Assembly: GCA_963813535.1 (NCBI GenBank) | Contig: CAWEZH010000002.1 | Coordinates: 1,088,001-1,152,000, forward strand | Length of the DNA: 64,000 nucleotides | From: an uncultured Chloroflexia bacterium | Lineage (GTDB): Bacteria; Chloroflexota; Limnocylindria; Limnocylindrales; CSP1-4 | Direction: 5' to 3' | Shown: positions 20,771-31,709 of the stretch, in pieces | How positions within the stretch are numbered: the stretch's first letter is position 1 | Layout of the letters: each line of letters starts with the position of its first letter | Made by a program: the position numbers and the translations under genes | The notes under the pieces: generated by a model | Seen by the model: only the letters and a program-made list of their open reading frames with translations | What the model was told of the DNA's origin: nothing | The model's database searches: none

Positions 20771-22363
20771 ATGACGTTGCCCGAGTCGGATACCACGACC
20801 AGCCACATGGATCGGCCACGCGGGACCGGACACCGCGATCGCGGCCGTGGCGGTCATCGGCGCGTTCGCCCTGGCGACCGGTGCGATCGCGCTGCTCGAA
20901 GGCGAACTCGTTCGCATCGACGATGCGTCGGCCGTCTATCTCGTCGCGGTCGTGGCGGCCGGTGCTCTCGCGGGCACGATCCCAGCCGTCCTGACGGCCA
21001 TCGCGGCATTCCTCGTCTATGACTTCCTGTTCACCGAGCCGCGCTTCTCGGTCGTCATCGCCGATCCGAGGGAGTTGCTGGACCTGGTGCTGTTCCTGTT
21101 CGTCGCGCTCGTCGTCGGGCGCCTGGTGGCGATCCAGCACGCTCGCGCCGAGGAGGCGGCGAGGCGCGCCTCGGAGGCGAACAGCTTGTTCGCACTCAGT
21201 CGATCGCTCGCCACGGCGACCTCGACCGCGGAGGCGGCACCGGACATCGCCGACCGCGTCCGAGATGCAGCCGGACTCGAGCGGGTCTGGATCGTGGCGG
21301 GACTGCGTGGCAGCACGGAGCGCGTGCTCGCCGACACTGGAGACGGCACACCACCACCACACCCGAGCCTGACCTCGAACCTCGTCCGCACGCCGGGCGA
21401 CGAGCCGGCTCGCTGGGTCCTGACGCACGCCTCGACGAGGAGCGCACGACCGTCGCCTGCCGACTCCCCCCAGTTCCGGGTCAGGATCGAGGTCGATGGC
21501 GTGCAGCTCGGCACGATCGTGGCCCTGCGCGACCGCGCACGCGGCGAACCTTCACGGATCGAGACGCGGGTGCTCGCGCTCGCGGCCGACCAGATCGCCG
21601 TCTCCCTGCGGCGCGATCAGCTCCGCCAGACGGCGACGGACCTCGAGGTCGCGCGCCAGACCGACGCGCTCAAGACGGCCCTCATCAATTCGGTCTCCCA
21701 CGATCTCCGGACGCCCTTGGCCAGCATCCGCGCCACGGCTGGTGGACTGGCGGACCCCGCGGTCCCGTGGACGGACGACGCCCGTCGGGCGGCGGCGCGT
21801 GTCATCGACACCGAAGCGGCCCGGCTCGATCGACTCGTGAGCGGCTTGTTGGACCTGAGCCGGATCGCCTCGGGCGGGGTCCACCCGGACCTCGAGCCCC
21901 ATGAGCTATGGTCCGTCATCCAGCCTGCCATCGACCGGCTGCGCCCCAGCCTTGGCGAGCGATCGATCCGGATCGACGTACCCGAGACCCTGCCGCCGGT
22001 GCTCGCCGACGCGGTCCTGCTGGATATCGTCATCACGAACCTGCTCGACAACGTCCACGCGCACGCCGCGCCGGATGCGCCGGTGTCGATCCACGCGATG
22101 GATGATGGCGACATGGTCCGCCTGGTCGTCGAGGACGGTGGCCCGGGTGTCCCGGGGGACGAGCTGGGCACGCTCTTCGAGCGGTTCCGGCGCGGTCCGA
22201 CTCGGGCGCAGGGATCGCGCCGGGGGCTGGGCATCGGCCTGAGCGTCGTGCGTGGCCTCGTCGACGCGATGTCGGGTCAGGTCTCCGCCGAGCGGAGTCC
22301 GCTGGGTGGGCTTGCGAGTCACGGTCCGCCTCCGGCCCGCGGCCGCTGGACCCCGAGCGATGA
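20771..22363 (+). CDS. kdpD: KdpD-like sensor histidine kinase (DUF4118 + HisKA + HATPase), frameshifted near both ends
   Basis: YDFLFTEPRFS, SVSHDLRTPLASI, NLLDN, EDGGPG, GLGIGLS. C-terminal GLRVTVRL is in another frame (~22310). Confidence 0.8.
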
Positions 22364-23070
22364 GCGCCCGGATCCTGCTCGTCGAGGACGACGCAGCAAC
22401 GCGCTCGGCGGTCGCACGAAATCTCGAGGCGCATGGTTTCCGGGTCACGACGGCGGCGGATGTGGCCGGTGCGCTGCGCGCGTGGGACGCCGAGCGACCG
22501 GACCTCATCCTGCTCGACCTCGGGCTGCCGGACCTCGACGGGAGCTCCGTCGTTCGCCACGTGCGGCGCGACGCAACGACGCCGATCCTGATCCTCTCAG
22601 CCCGGACCGACGAGCGGGTCAAGGTCGCCACGCTCGAGGCCGGGGCCGACGACTACGTCACGAAGCCGTTCGGGATGGACGAGCTGCGAGCACGCATCGG
22701 TGCCGTCCTTCGCCGCGCCGCCGGTCCGGCGGCCGACCAGACGCGGCGTCGTCCGGCTGGGTCCGATCGCACTCGACATCGCTGCCCGGCGCGTGACGGT
22801 CGGAGAGACGCCGATCGAGCTCACGCCGCGCGAATACGAGCTGCTCAAGGTGATGATCGCCCAGCCTGGTCGATCTGCTGACGAAGGGACGGTTGTTGCG
22901 TGCCGTGTGGGGTACGGCGTACGCGGACGAAGCGCACTACCTGCATGTCTACGTCTCGCGCCTGCGCCGCAAGCTCGCGGCGGCCGATCCCACCGGCGCC
23001 GCGGGCGGGCTTGATCACCGCCGAACCTGGCGTCGGCTATCGGATCGGCGACCCAGCGGCGCGGCATTGA
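22360..23070 (+). CDS. kdpE: KdpE-like OmpR-family response regulator, frameshifted (~22740, ~22880, ~23010)
   Basis: ILLVEDD, DLGLPDLDG, GADDYVTKPF; LTPREYELL; HYLHVYVSRLRRKL; ITAEPGVGYR spread over successive frames. Confidence 0.8.
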
Positions 23071-23082
23071 GCACGCTTTGAG
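23067..23082 (+). promoter_or_regulatory. putative OmpR-type direct-repeat box
   Basis: TTGAG-N6-TTGAG with 11-bp period; same motif at 25390. Confidence 0.5.
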
Positions 23083-23139
23083 GGTCCGGAGCCCCCACGG
23101 ACCTCCGTTCCTTCTTGGGCCCGGGACTAGCGTGGTGGC

Positions 23140-23384
23140 ATGGACACCGCGGGACTGTATCGTCCTGCCCTCGCGCCGAGGATCCGATCGACGCGGACCT
23201 TCGCGAGGTCGACGTCGCGATCGCGATGGTCGCCCAGGGGGCGGCCACGCGCGTCCGCCTGGTCGGGCTCGCCACGGCCCCGAGGGTCGCGCCGATCGCG
23301 CTCGCCCATGCCCAATCCGCTGGCGTCGAGTTCCGGATCGATGGGTCCGGTACCACGACGAGGCTGATATTCGGCCCGTCCTGA
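23140..23384 (+). CDS. small hypothetical protein (probable frameshift near the start)
   Basis: TAGCGT -10-like hexamer then ATG 23140; coherent protein-like body DPIDADLREVDVAIAMV..IFGPS in the 23115 frame. Confidence 0.5.
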
Positions 23385-23396
23385 TCCACTAGGTCA

Positions 23397-25376
23397 TTGA
23401 TGCAACCAGGCAAGGTCGGCAGACGACCGGCCGATCGCCGCGTGCCGGTACGCCGGCCGGGCTCCCCATACTTCCGCACGGCCGGCGACGGCGTCATCGT
23501 TGCTCGACCCGCCGCCATCGAGCCGAGCACGACGCTCGGACAGACGGCAGCGCGGGTCCGTCGCTTCGCATTTGGCAGGCCCCTGTCGAATGCCGAGGAA
23601 TTGGCCGAACGGCTCTCCAAGCTGAAGGCACTCGCTGTCTTCTCAAGCGACAACCTCTCATCGGTCGCCTATGCGACCGAGGCGATCCTGTTCACATTGC
23701 TCGCCGCCGGCACCGGGATGTTCGGACTGACCGTGCCCATCTCGGCACTGATCGTGGCGGTCCTGGCGGTGATCGTCGTGTCATACCGACAGACGATCCG
23801 CGCGTACCCGAATGGGGGTGGCAGCTACGTCGTCGCGCGCGAGAACCTCGGGCCGGCCGCCGGATTGGTTGCAGCCGCTGCCCTGCTGACCGACTACGTG
23901 CTCACGGTGTCGGTCAGCGTCGCCGCTGGCGTAGCCGCGATCACTTCGGCGTTCCCCGGCCTCCTCGACGGCGTCCGCGTCGAGTTGGCCGCGATCAGCA
24001 TCGCCATCGTCATGCTGATCAACCTCCGTGGGGTCCGCGAGAGCGGCACGATCTTCGCGATCCCGACCTACGTGTTCGTCGGGTCGATGTTCGTCCTCAT
24101 CGCGGTCGGCGTCGTCCGGACGCTGGCCGGTGCCGCACCCACAGTCACGGACGTCGCCGCCGCGACCGTGCCGGCGCAGGCCTTCGGGGCATTGCTTCTG
24201 ATGCGCGCGTTCGCCGACGGGTGCACCGCGATCACCGGCGTCGAAGCCGTGTCGAACGGCGTACCCGCCTTCAAGCGATCCGAGTCGTGGAACGCGCGGG
24301 TGACGCTCACGGTGATGGCCGTGCTCGTCGGGATCATGTTCCTCGGGACGAGCTGGCTCGCTGAGGTCGCCGGCGCGATCCCGGCCGAGCGGGAGACCGT
24401 CCTCTCGCAATTGGGTCGGGCGGTGTTCGGTGGCGTCGGCGCTCCGTACCTCGTGCTGCAGTTGTCGACGATGGGGATCCTCATCCTCGCCGCGAATACG
24501 GCGTTCGCCGACTTCCCAAGGCTGTCATCCCTGCTGGCCAGGGACGGCTACATGCCGAGTCGCTTCGCGTTCCGCGGTGAGCGGTTGGCGTTCAGCACAG
24601 GGATCGTGGCGCTCGCGGTGCTGTCGATCGTCGTCCTCGCGGCGTTCGGTGGCCGGGTCGAGGCATTGATCCCGCTGTACGCGGTCGGCGTGTTCACCTC
24701 GATCACGCTCTCGCAGGCCGGGATGGTCCGCCACTGGTGGCGCGGGCGCGAGCCCGGCTGGCGCCGCAGCATCGCGATCAACGGCGTCGGCGCCGTCGCG
24801 ACGGGCGTCGTCACGCTCGTCTTCGCCATCGCGAAGTTCGCCCTCGGGGCCTGGCTCATCATCGTCGTGATCCCGCTGCTCATGATCGCGATGGTGGGGA
24901 TCCATCGTCGCTACGAACGTCGGCGGGTCGAGAACAGCGTCCGTGCTGAGCTCGTGGTCAGGCCACCGCACCGGTCGCAACGGGTGATCGTCCCGATCGC
25001 CGACGTGTCGCGCGACGTAGTCCATGCCCTGACCTTCGCGCGGACGATGTCCGACGACGTCACGGCCGTCCACGTGACCGATGACGCGGAGCGCGGCAAG
25101 GACCTGCGCGCCCGCTTCCAACGGCAGATCCCGGGCGTGCCGATCGTCCTCGTCGAGTCGCCGTACCGGGAGCTCGTCCAGCCCCTCGTCAGGTACCTCG
25201 AAGACGCCGCGCGTGGAGCCGGTGACGCCGTGGTCATCGTGCTCCTGCCCGAGTACCTGCCGCGCAACCCGATCGAGCGATTCCTGTACAACGACAACGG
25301 CCGGCGGATCCGTGAGGCGCTCCTGGGCCGTCCGAACGTCCTCGTGGCAGAGGTCCCGTACCGCCGGGTCGCCTGA
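23397..25376 (+). CDS. APC-superfamily permease, KimA/YdaO-like K+ importer
   Basis: FSSDNLSSVAY, AYPNGGGSY, DYVLTVSVS, NLRGVRES, TGVEAVSNG, LIPLYAVGVF, ESPYR. Confidence 0.9.
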   Translation: MMQPGKVGRRPADRRVPVRRPGSPYFRTAGDGVIVARPAAIEPSTTLGQTAARVRRFAFGRPLSNAEELAERLSKLKALAVFSSDNLSSVAYATEAILFTLLAAGTGMFGLTVPISALIVAVLAVIVVSYRQTIRAYPNGGGSYVVARENLGPAAGLVAAAALLTDYVLTVSVSVAAGVAAITSAFPGLLDGVRVELAAISIAIVMLINLRGVRESGTIFAIPTYVFVGSMFVLIAVGVVRTLAGAAPTVTDVAAATVPAQAFGALLLMRAFADGCTAITGVEAVSNGVPAFKRSESWNARVTLTVMAVLVGIMFLGTSWLAEVAGAIPAERETVLSQLGRAVFGGVGAPYLVLQLSTMGILILAANTAFADFPRLSSLLARDGYMPSRFAFRGERLAFSTGIVALAVLSIVVLAAFGGRVEALIPLYAVGVFTSITLSQAGMVRHWWRGREPGWRRSIAINGVGAVATGVVTLVFAIAKFALGAWLIIVVIPLLMIAMVGIHRRYERRRVENSVRAELVVRPPHRSQRVIVPIADVSRDVVHALTFARTMSDDVTAVHVTDDAERGKDLRARFQRQIPGVPIVLVESPYRELVQPLVRYLEDAARGAGDAVVIVLLPEYLPRNPIERFLYNDNGRRIREALLGRPNVLVAEVPYRRVA

Positions 25377-25389
25377 TCGGCCCAGGTTG

Positions 25390-25408
25390 TTGAGCGATCG
25401 TTGAGCGA
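25390..25408 (+). promoter_or_regulatory. putative OmpR-type direct-repeat box
   Basis: TTGAGCGA-tcg-TTGAGCGA with 11-bp period. Confidence 0.5.
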
Positions 25409-25551
25409 CAGCCGAGCCGGCGCGAAGGCCGCGCTGGCCTCGCTGGGCGCCCGGCATGGCACCGTATGGACGTGCCACAAGCCCAGGCCGGTCGGCGACG
25501 ATCGACATCGTCAAGTGCGCGACGACGCGTCACGCACAGGATCGCCCCGCG

Positions 25552-27606
25552 ATGATCGGTGGTCGACGTCCTCTGACCGGGCGCAAGGCGGGCGACAAGC
25601 GCATCCGCGTCGAGCGTCCCCACGCGCCGTATTTCCGATACGCCGGTCCCGGCCAGCTCGTCGCGCGGGAAGCCGCATCGGTCCCGCGCACCCCGCGCCG
25701 GTCGCGCGCTCGCGCGTGTCCGGGGCGTCGTGTTCGGCCGGCCTCTCGCAAGCGAGGCCGAGATCGAGGAGCGCCTCGACAAGAAGAAGGCGCTGGCGAT
25801 CTTCAGCTCGGACGCGATCTCCTCGTCGGCCTACGCGACCGAGGAGATCCTCCGGGTCCTCGTCATCGGTGGCGCGGCGGCGATGCTGCTGTCGATCGAG
25901 GTCTCGATCGCCATCGCGCGTCCTGCTCGCCGTCGTCGCCGTGTCCTATCGACAGGTGTGCCGCGCCTATCCGAACGGCGGCGGGCGCCTACGTCGTCGC
26001 CCGGACGAACCTCGCACCGATCTTCGGGCTCATCGCGGCAGCGTCCCTGCTGATCGACTACGTCATGACGGTGGCGGTCTCGACGGCGTCGGCGATCGCC
26101 CAGATCCAGTCGATCATCCCGGCGGCGTTCGACTATCCGGATCCAGATCGCGTTCGTCGTCGATCGGGCTGATCACCGTGGCCAACCTGCGCGGGCTGCG
26201 CGAGTCCGGGAACATCTTCGCGGTCCCGACCTACCTGTTCGTCGGTCTCGCCCTGGCCGTCGTGGCCATCGGCAGCTTGCGGCTGGTCACCGGCACGGCC
26301 GAGCCATTCCGCGCCGAGACCGGACTACGTGCCGCTCGGGCACCGAGGCCGTCGGGATCCTGCTGCTGCTCCGGGCGTTCGCCGGCGGGTCCGTCGCGCT
26401 TGACCGGGGTCGAGGCGATCGCCAACGGCGTCCCCGCGTTCAAGCCGCCGGAGTCGAAGAATGCCGCCGACACCATGACGGTCATGGCCGTCCTGCTCGG
26501 GATCCTGTTCGTCGGCCTGACGGTCGTGGCCGATCGGCTACGAGCTCCGTCCGACGTTGCCGGGTGGACCGTCGGTCGTCGCGCTCGCCGCCGGGGCCGC
26601 CTTCGGCGACGGGTCTCCCCTCGCCTACCTCTTCGCGGTGGCCACCGCGCTGATCCTGTTCCTCGCCGCGAACACGAGCTTCAACGCCTTCCCGCGCCTC
26701 GCCGCGATCCTGGCCGAGGACGGCTACATGCCGCGCCAGTTCGCGTTCCGCGGCGACCGCCTCGCCTACTCATGGGGCATCGTGCTGCTGGCCGCGATCG
26801 CGTTCGGGCTGCTGTGGGCCTTCGGCGGCGATACCCACGCCCTGATCCCGCTGTACTCGGTCGGCGTGTTCCTGTGCTTCACGCTCAGCCAGTCGGGCAT
26901 GGTCCGCCACTGGCTCCGCGTTCGCGAAGCGGGCTGGCAGTGGCGGCTGGGGATCAACGCCGCCGGTGGCGTGCTGACGGCCGTCGTCCTGGGCATCGTC
27001 GTGTTCGAGAAGTTCGCTGACGGCGCCTACCTCGTCGTGATCCTCGTGCCGGTTCTGGTCGGGATGATGCTCTTCATCAACCGCCAGTACGCGCGGTCGC
27101 GCCGCGAGCTGACGGTCCGTCCGGATACGGTCGTCCGCCCGCCGGTCCGCGAGGAGCGGGTGGTCGTGCCGATCCCCGGCCTCGACCGGGCGGCCGTCCA
27201 GGCCATCAATGTCGCGCGGTCCATCGACGACGACGTCCGCGCCGTCTTCATCTCCGACGATCCCGAGGAGGCGGCGCGCGTCCGCGAGTCGTTCGAGCGC
27301 CAGGTCCCAGGCGTCCCGCTCGTCGTCGTCGAGTCGCCGTATCGCGCGCTCTCCGGGCCGCTCCTCGCCTACCTCGACGTCCTCGACCTCGCCTGGCCGC
27401 CGGACAAGCTCGAACCGATCACGTTCGTGGTCATCCCGGAGTACGTCGCCAAGAGCTGGTGGGAGCGCCTCCTCTACAACCAGTCGGCCAAGCGGCTGCG
27501 AACGCTGCTCCTGGGGCGACCGCACACGGTGGTCGTCAACGTGCCCTACCGGCGCGAGGACGCCGACGGTGCGAAGGAGACGCGCCCGAACGGGCCGCCC
27601 GGCTGA
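25552..27606 (+). pseudogene. second KimA/YdaO-like APC permease with multiple frameshifts (pseudogene or assembly error)
   Basis: FSSDAISSSAY, YPNGGG, DYVMTVAVS, NLRGLRES, TGVEAIANG, LIPLYSVGVF, ESPYR distributed across ORFs 25456, 25730, 25401 and 26557. Confidence 0.8.
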
Positions 27607-27639
27607 ACTCCGCTCGCGGCAGACCGGCTGGGGTCCGGA

Positions 27640-28320
27640 TCAGCCGCCCCGGGCGATCCGTCGCGCCTTGACCGTGACGCGCAGGAACTCCCGGAAGTGG
27701 CGCCACGGCTCGACGTGGCTCGGCTCGCCCGCATAGATCGTCCGGATCGGCACCCACTCGATCGGCAGCCCGAGCGCGATGCAGCGGGCGATCATCTCGA
27801 CCTCGAACTCGAAGCCCGACTCGTCGCTGTCGAGCATCGCCCGCATCAGGACCCGACCGATGAGCCGATAGCCCGATTGGTTGTCGGGCACGTTGCGGCC
27901 GAGCGCCGCCGACAACGTCAGCCCGCCGGCCACGTTGGACAGGCGCCGGATGGCCGGCATCTGGTCGAAGTCGCGCCGGCCGATGACGAGCTCCGGCCGT
28001 CGGGCGCGGAACGCGTCGAGGAAGAGGGGGATCTCAGCGGGATCGTGTTGGCCGTCGGCGTCGAGCGTGATCGCCGCGGCGACGCCTCGATCGAGCGCAT
28101 ACCGGAACCCCATCCGCAGCGCTGCGCCCTTGCCGGCATTCGGGATCTGGCGCAGCACCGTCGCGCCGGCCGCCTCGGCGCGTTGCGCGGTGTCGTCACG
28201 CGAGCCGTCATCGATGACCACGACCGGCAGAAGCAGCCTGGCCGCCTCGACCACCGAACCGATGCGCGGCCCCTCCTGGTACGCCGGGATCAGCGCGATG
28301 AGCTCGTCGGGAGCATTCAC
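27640..28320 (-). CDS. glycosyltransferase family 2 (DPM1-like)
   Basis: IPAYQE, VIDDGSRD, NAGKGAA, DADGQH, DNQSGYR. Confidence 0.92.
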   Translation of the reverse strand: MNAPDELIALIPAYQEGPRIGSVVEAARLLLPVVVIDDGSRDDTAQRAEAAGATVLRQIPNAGKGAALRMGFRYALDRGVAAAITLDADGQHDPAEIPLFLDAFRARRPELVIGRRDFDQMPAIRRLSNVAGGLTLSAALGRNVPDNQSGYRLIGRVLMRAMLDSDESGFEFEVEMIARCIALGLPIEWVPIRTIYAGEPSHVEPWRHFREFLRVTVKARRIARGG

Positions 28321-28438
28321 CGGTGCAGTATCGCAACACGGGGGCGCGATTCTCATGACGCCCTCATGGAACGACGACGAACATGCGCATACGTCGCACA
28401 GCACTCCGGCTTGCGCGCGGACACAGCGGGAGACATCC

Positions 28439-29476
28439 ATGACAGCGAACGCCCCCGATCCGGTCGATACGGCCGTGTTCAGCGGCTCGACCGGCGCCCC
28501 GAGTCGTCGGCGGATCGGCCTGGTCCTCGGCGGCGCCGCGCTCCTCGCGGTCGCGGCGGTCACCACCTCCCTGGCGGCAAGCTCGGCATCGAACCCGGCG
28601 TCGACCGGCTCGGCACCGGGACTCGTCGGCGCCGGCATCACCGGAGACGACGACGCAGCTGAGCTGGGCCGTGGCGGACGAGCGGGCTTCCGCGAGATCA
28701 CCATCGCATCGATCAGCGGCAACGACGTCTCGCTCGTGACCGATGATGGCTGGCGCCGGACCGTCACCGTGACGAGCACGGTCAAACTGACCAAGGGCGG
28801 CCAGGACATCACGGTCTCCGACCTCAAGGTCGGCGATCAGGTCCGCCTGCGCCAGACACGCAACGATGACGGCAGCTACACGGTCACGGCACTCGCCGTG
28901 GTGATCCCGACGATCAACGGCCGCGCCAGCGCCATCACCGCGAGCGGGTTCAAGGTCACCACGCGCGACGGGTCGGTCTGGACGGTCACCGTGAACGGCT
29001 CGACCACGTACAACTTCGGCCAGGGCACGGGCAGCCTCGCCGACGTCAAGGACGGCGAAGGTGTCCATGTCGCCGGCACGGTCACGGCCGACAACACGAT
29101 GACGGCGACGAACGTGCGCGTCGGTGCCGACCGCGCAGTGGGCAAGGTCACGGCCAAGACCGCGAACACGATCACGATCGAGCGCCGGAACGGCTCGAGC
29201 CTGACCATCCACGTCGACGCCGACACGACCTATCGGGTCGCCGGTGTCGAGACGGCCGATCTGGGTGACGTGGCCGTCGACATGGCGATCGGTGTCACCG
29301 GCCGGACGCGGGCCGACGGTTCGCTCGACGCGGACGTCGTCGCCGCCGGCAAGCTCCGTGGCTTCGGCCGCGGCGGACTTGACGGTCAGAAGGGCGCCGG
29401 CGGTTTCGGACCCGGCGCTATCCCGCCCGAAGCACAGCCGGCCATCGACTTCGGCCTCGAGATCCCGACCGCGTAG
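28439..29476 (+). CDS. membrane-anchored DUF5666-type repeat (OB-fold-like) protein
   Basis: N-terminal TM; three repeats like SDLKVGDQV / LADVKDGEGV / LGDVAVDMAI. Confidence 0.75.
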   Translation: MTANAPDPVDTAVFSGSTGAPSRRRIGLVLGGAALLAVAAVTTSLAASSASNPASTGSAPGLVGAGITGDDDAAELGRGGRAGFREITIASISGNDVSLVTDDGWRRTVTVTSTVKLTKGGQDITVSDLKVGDQVRLRQTRNDDGSYTVTALAVVIPTINGRASAITASGFKVTTRDGSVWTVTVNGSTTYNFGQGTGSLADVKDGEGVHVAGTVTADNTMTATNVRVGADRAVGKVTAKTANTITIERRNGSSLTIHVDADTTYRVAGVETADLGDVAVDMAIGVTGRTRADGSLDADVVAAGKLRGFGRGGLDGQKGAGGFGPGAIPPEAQPAIDFGLEIPTA

Positions 29477-29498
29477 TACGTCCTCGGCGACTTCCAGC

Positions 29499-29532
29499 CA
29501 GGACCCTCGGCTTTGGGGAGCCGGGGGTCCTG
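29499..29532 (+). terminator. intrinsic terminator-like hairpin
   Basis: CAGGACCCTCGGCT..AGCCGGGGGTCCTG followed by TCGCTTCTT. Confidence 0.6.
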
Positions 29533-29606
29533 TCGCTTCTTATCCCATCCGCCGCAGTACGAACGACGGGCTGGTGCGTGACGCGTGGCGGCGTAGCGTT
29601 CCGGCC

Positions 29607-29801
29607 ATGGAACTTGTCGTGCCCATCGTCTCCGCGCTGGTCGGCGTGAGCGCCGCGTTCTTCCTCACGGTCGGGCTCTACGACGTGGTGCCCGCGGCGT
29701 GGACGCAGGTGCTCCGCGGTCGCGGCCGCACGGCGTCCGCGCTCGCGAATGCTCGCTATCCGTTGATGCCCCGGACGATCCGCCAGACGCCGCTCGACTG
29801 A
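29607..29801 (+). CDS. small membrane hypothetical protein (64 aa)
   Basis: TAGCGT -10-like hexamer just before ATG; hydrophobic MELVVPIVSALVGVSAAFFLTVGLY. Confidence 0.55.
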   Translation: MELVVPIVSALVGVSAAFFLTVGLYDVVPAAWTQVLRGRGRTASALANARYPLMPRTIRQTPLD

Positions 29802-29837
29802 AGTCCGGCGGCGATCCCGGATCAAGCTCGAGGGATC

Positions 29838-29913
29838 TGGCGTCCCCGGCAGGATTCGAACCTGCGACCTTGCGCTTAGAAGGCGCCTGCTCTGTCCACT
29901 GAGCTACGGGGAC
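29838..29913 (-). tRNA. tRNA-Arg(TCT)
   Basis: GTCCCCG TA GCTC AGTGGACA GAGC A GGCGC CTTCTAA GCGCA AGGTC GCAGG TTCGAAT CCTGC CGGGGAC G CCA. Confidence 0.96.
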
Positions 29914-30062
29914 GCTGCCAGCGCCTCAGTATGGCGCGGGCTACGACCGACAGCAGGCGGCGATCATCCAGGGGCTCGTACTCAATGACCTGTGGGCGCT
30001 CGACCCGGAACAACGGGTCGGGCGCTACATGCGCCTCCGAGCCGGCCCGATAATCTTGCGGA

Positions 30063-31043
30063 ATGGTCGCCGATCGCGCTGAGGGCCAGTTCTATCCTCC
30101 GATCGAACCGTACGAGTCCGGCATGCTCGACGTCGGGGACGGCCAGTCGATCCACTGGGAGGTTTCCGGTCATCCGACAGGCAAGGCGGCGGTCGTCCTC
30201 CACGGCGGGCCGGGAAGCGCGAGCAGCCCGGGCCGCCGTCAGTGGTTCGATCCGCAGCGGTACCGCATCGTCCAGTTCGACCAGCGTGGCTGTGGGCGGA
30301 GCACGCCGCATGCCGCCGATGCGACCACGTCTCTGTCGAGCAACACGACCCATCACCTGCTCGCCGACATCGAGCGGCTGCGTGAGCACCTCGGGGTCGC
30401 ACGGTGGCTCGTCGCGGGCTGGTCGTGGGGTGTGACCCTGGGTCTCGCCTACGCCGAGCGATACCCGCAACACGTGAGCGAGATGGTCCTCGGGTCGATC
30501 GTGATGACCAACCGTGCCGACGTGCGCTGGTTCGCCACCGACGCTGGTCGATTCTTTCCGGAGCAGTGGGCAGCATTCAGAGCCGGCGTCCCGCCCGAGG
30601 ATCGGGAGGGTGACCTGGTCGCCGCGTACGACCGACTCCTGAACGGGCCATTCGACCCGGCCGTCCGGCTCCAGGCCGCTCGAGACTGGGTCGCCTGGGA
30701 AGATGCGGTCCTCTCACTCGACGACGGCTATGTCGTGCCGAACCCTCGCTACGCGGACGAACGGTTCACGATCGCCTTCGCCCGCCTCGTCACCCACTAC
30801 TTCTCGCACGCGGCGTGGCTCGAGGAGGACGAGCTCCTCCGCAACGCCCCGCGACTGGTCGGCATCCCGGCCGTCCTGATCCACGGCCGTTTGGACATCG
30901 CCGGGCCACCGGATATCGCCTGGCATCTCGCGCATGCGTGGCCGGACGCGGAGCTGCATCTCATCGCCAGTGGCCACACCGGCAGCGCCGACGCCGACCG
31001 CATCATCCGCGAGTCGACCGACCGGTTCGCGGCGAAACCGTGA
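30063..31043 (+). CDS. pip: prolyl aminopeptidase (proline iminopeptidase)
   Basis: YPPIEPY, HGGPG, FDQRGCGRS, GWSWG, HGRLD. Confidence 0.92.
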   Translation: MVADRAEGQFYPPIEPYESGMLDVGDGQSIHWEVSGHPTGKAAVVLHGGPGSASSPGRRQWFDPQRYRIVQFDQRGCGRSTPHAADATTSLSSNTTHHLLADIERLREHLGVARWLVAGWSWGVTLGLAYAERYPQHVSEMVLGSIVMTNRADVRWFATDAGRFFPEQWAAFRAGVPPEDREGDLVAAYDRLLNGPFDPAVRLQAARDWVAWEDAVLSLDDGYVVPNPRYADERFTIAFARLVTHYFSHAAWLEEDELLRNAPRLVGIPAVLIHGRLDIAGPPDIAWHLAHAWPDAELHLIASGHTGSADADRIIRESTDRFAAKP

Positions 31044-31280
31044 CAGACCGTCACGGCTTGCCGGGACGAGCCCGGAGGAAGTTGTCATCCTGCGCGGAGT
31101 TGTCGAGTCGGCCGACGGCAACGAGATCCGGCTTCGGCCTCATCTGGGAAGTCCCCAGTCACTTGCGATACCCACGACAGACGTGCTCTATGAAGAGCAG
31201 GACCCCAAGCATCATGTCGCGATGGTGATGGTGCGCGGGACTGCACCCCTGAAGGTGTCCTGTCGATAAGGGCGGATCGG

Positions 31281-31520
31281 TTGCTGCGTCCGGCACGGCC
31301 GTCACGGTGGTCGGAGGCCGAGATCGAGGCTTGTGAGAAGCAAGCCCGCGAGAACGCCATCCAATACTGCATGTACTGGTACAGGGTGTCACGGGAGACT
31401 GCAGAGCACGTCGCGGACGATTGGGCCGACTACTACGCCCGCGTGTGCCGCTTCGGCTTTACCCCCGATTCCAATCCGTACGGGAACCAATGGCCCGGGT
31501 TTGCCCAGGGTTGGGGCTAG
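31281..31520 (+). CDS. hypothetical protein
   Basis: 79-aa ORF with aromatic/Cys-rich, non-shadow composition; no recognisable motif. Confidence 0.4.
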   Translation: MLRPARPSRWSEAEIEACEKQARENAIQYCMYWYRVSRETAEHVADDWADYYARVCRFGFTPDSNPYGNQWPGFAQGWG

Positions 31521-31611
31521 CGAAAGGTGGGCGACAGTGAGGCCATTTCCGAACCGACCCACATGCCATGCCGATAAGGTTGGCGTAAGCGCCGCTAGCT
31601 AGCCTGTCGGT

Positions 31612-31679
31612 ACCCCGGCTCCGCGTCCGGGACCTTCGATCCCGCTTCGCGGCCAGACGAGCCCGGAGCGATCGGGGTG
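31612..31679 (+). ncRNA. island hairpin element copy R1 (candidate ncRNA or recombination site)
   Basis: ccccggctccgcgtccgggaccTTCGATCccgc-ttc-gcggCCAG..; TAGCCT 6 nt upstream. Confidence 0.55.
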
Positions 31680-31709
31680 TCAGGAGGACGCGAGTAGGAT
31701 GGGGGCGCG

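Noticed and set aside
22252-22881. In-frame KdpD-KdpE fusion
   Set aside because: Lies in an indel-rich stretch; the ATGA at 22360 fits a normal stop/start overlap.
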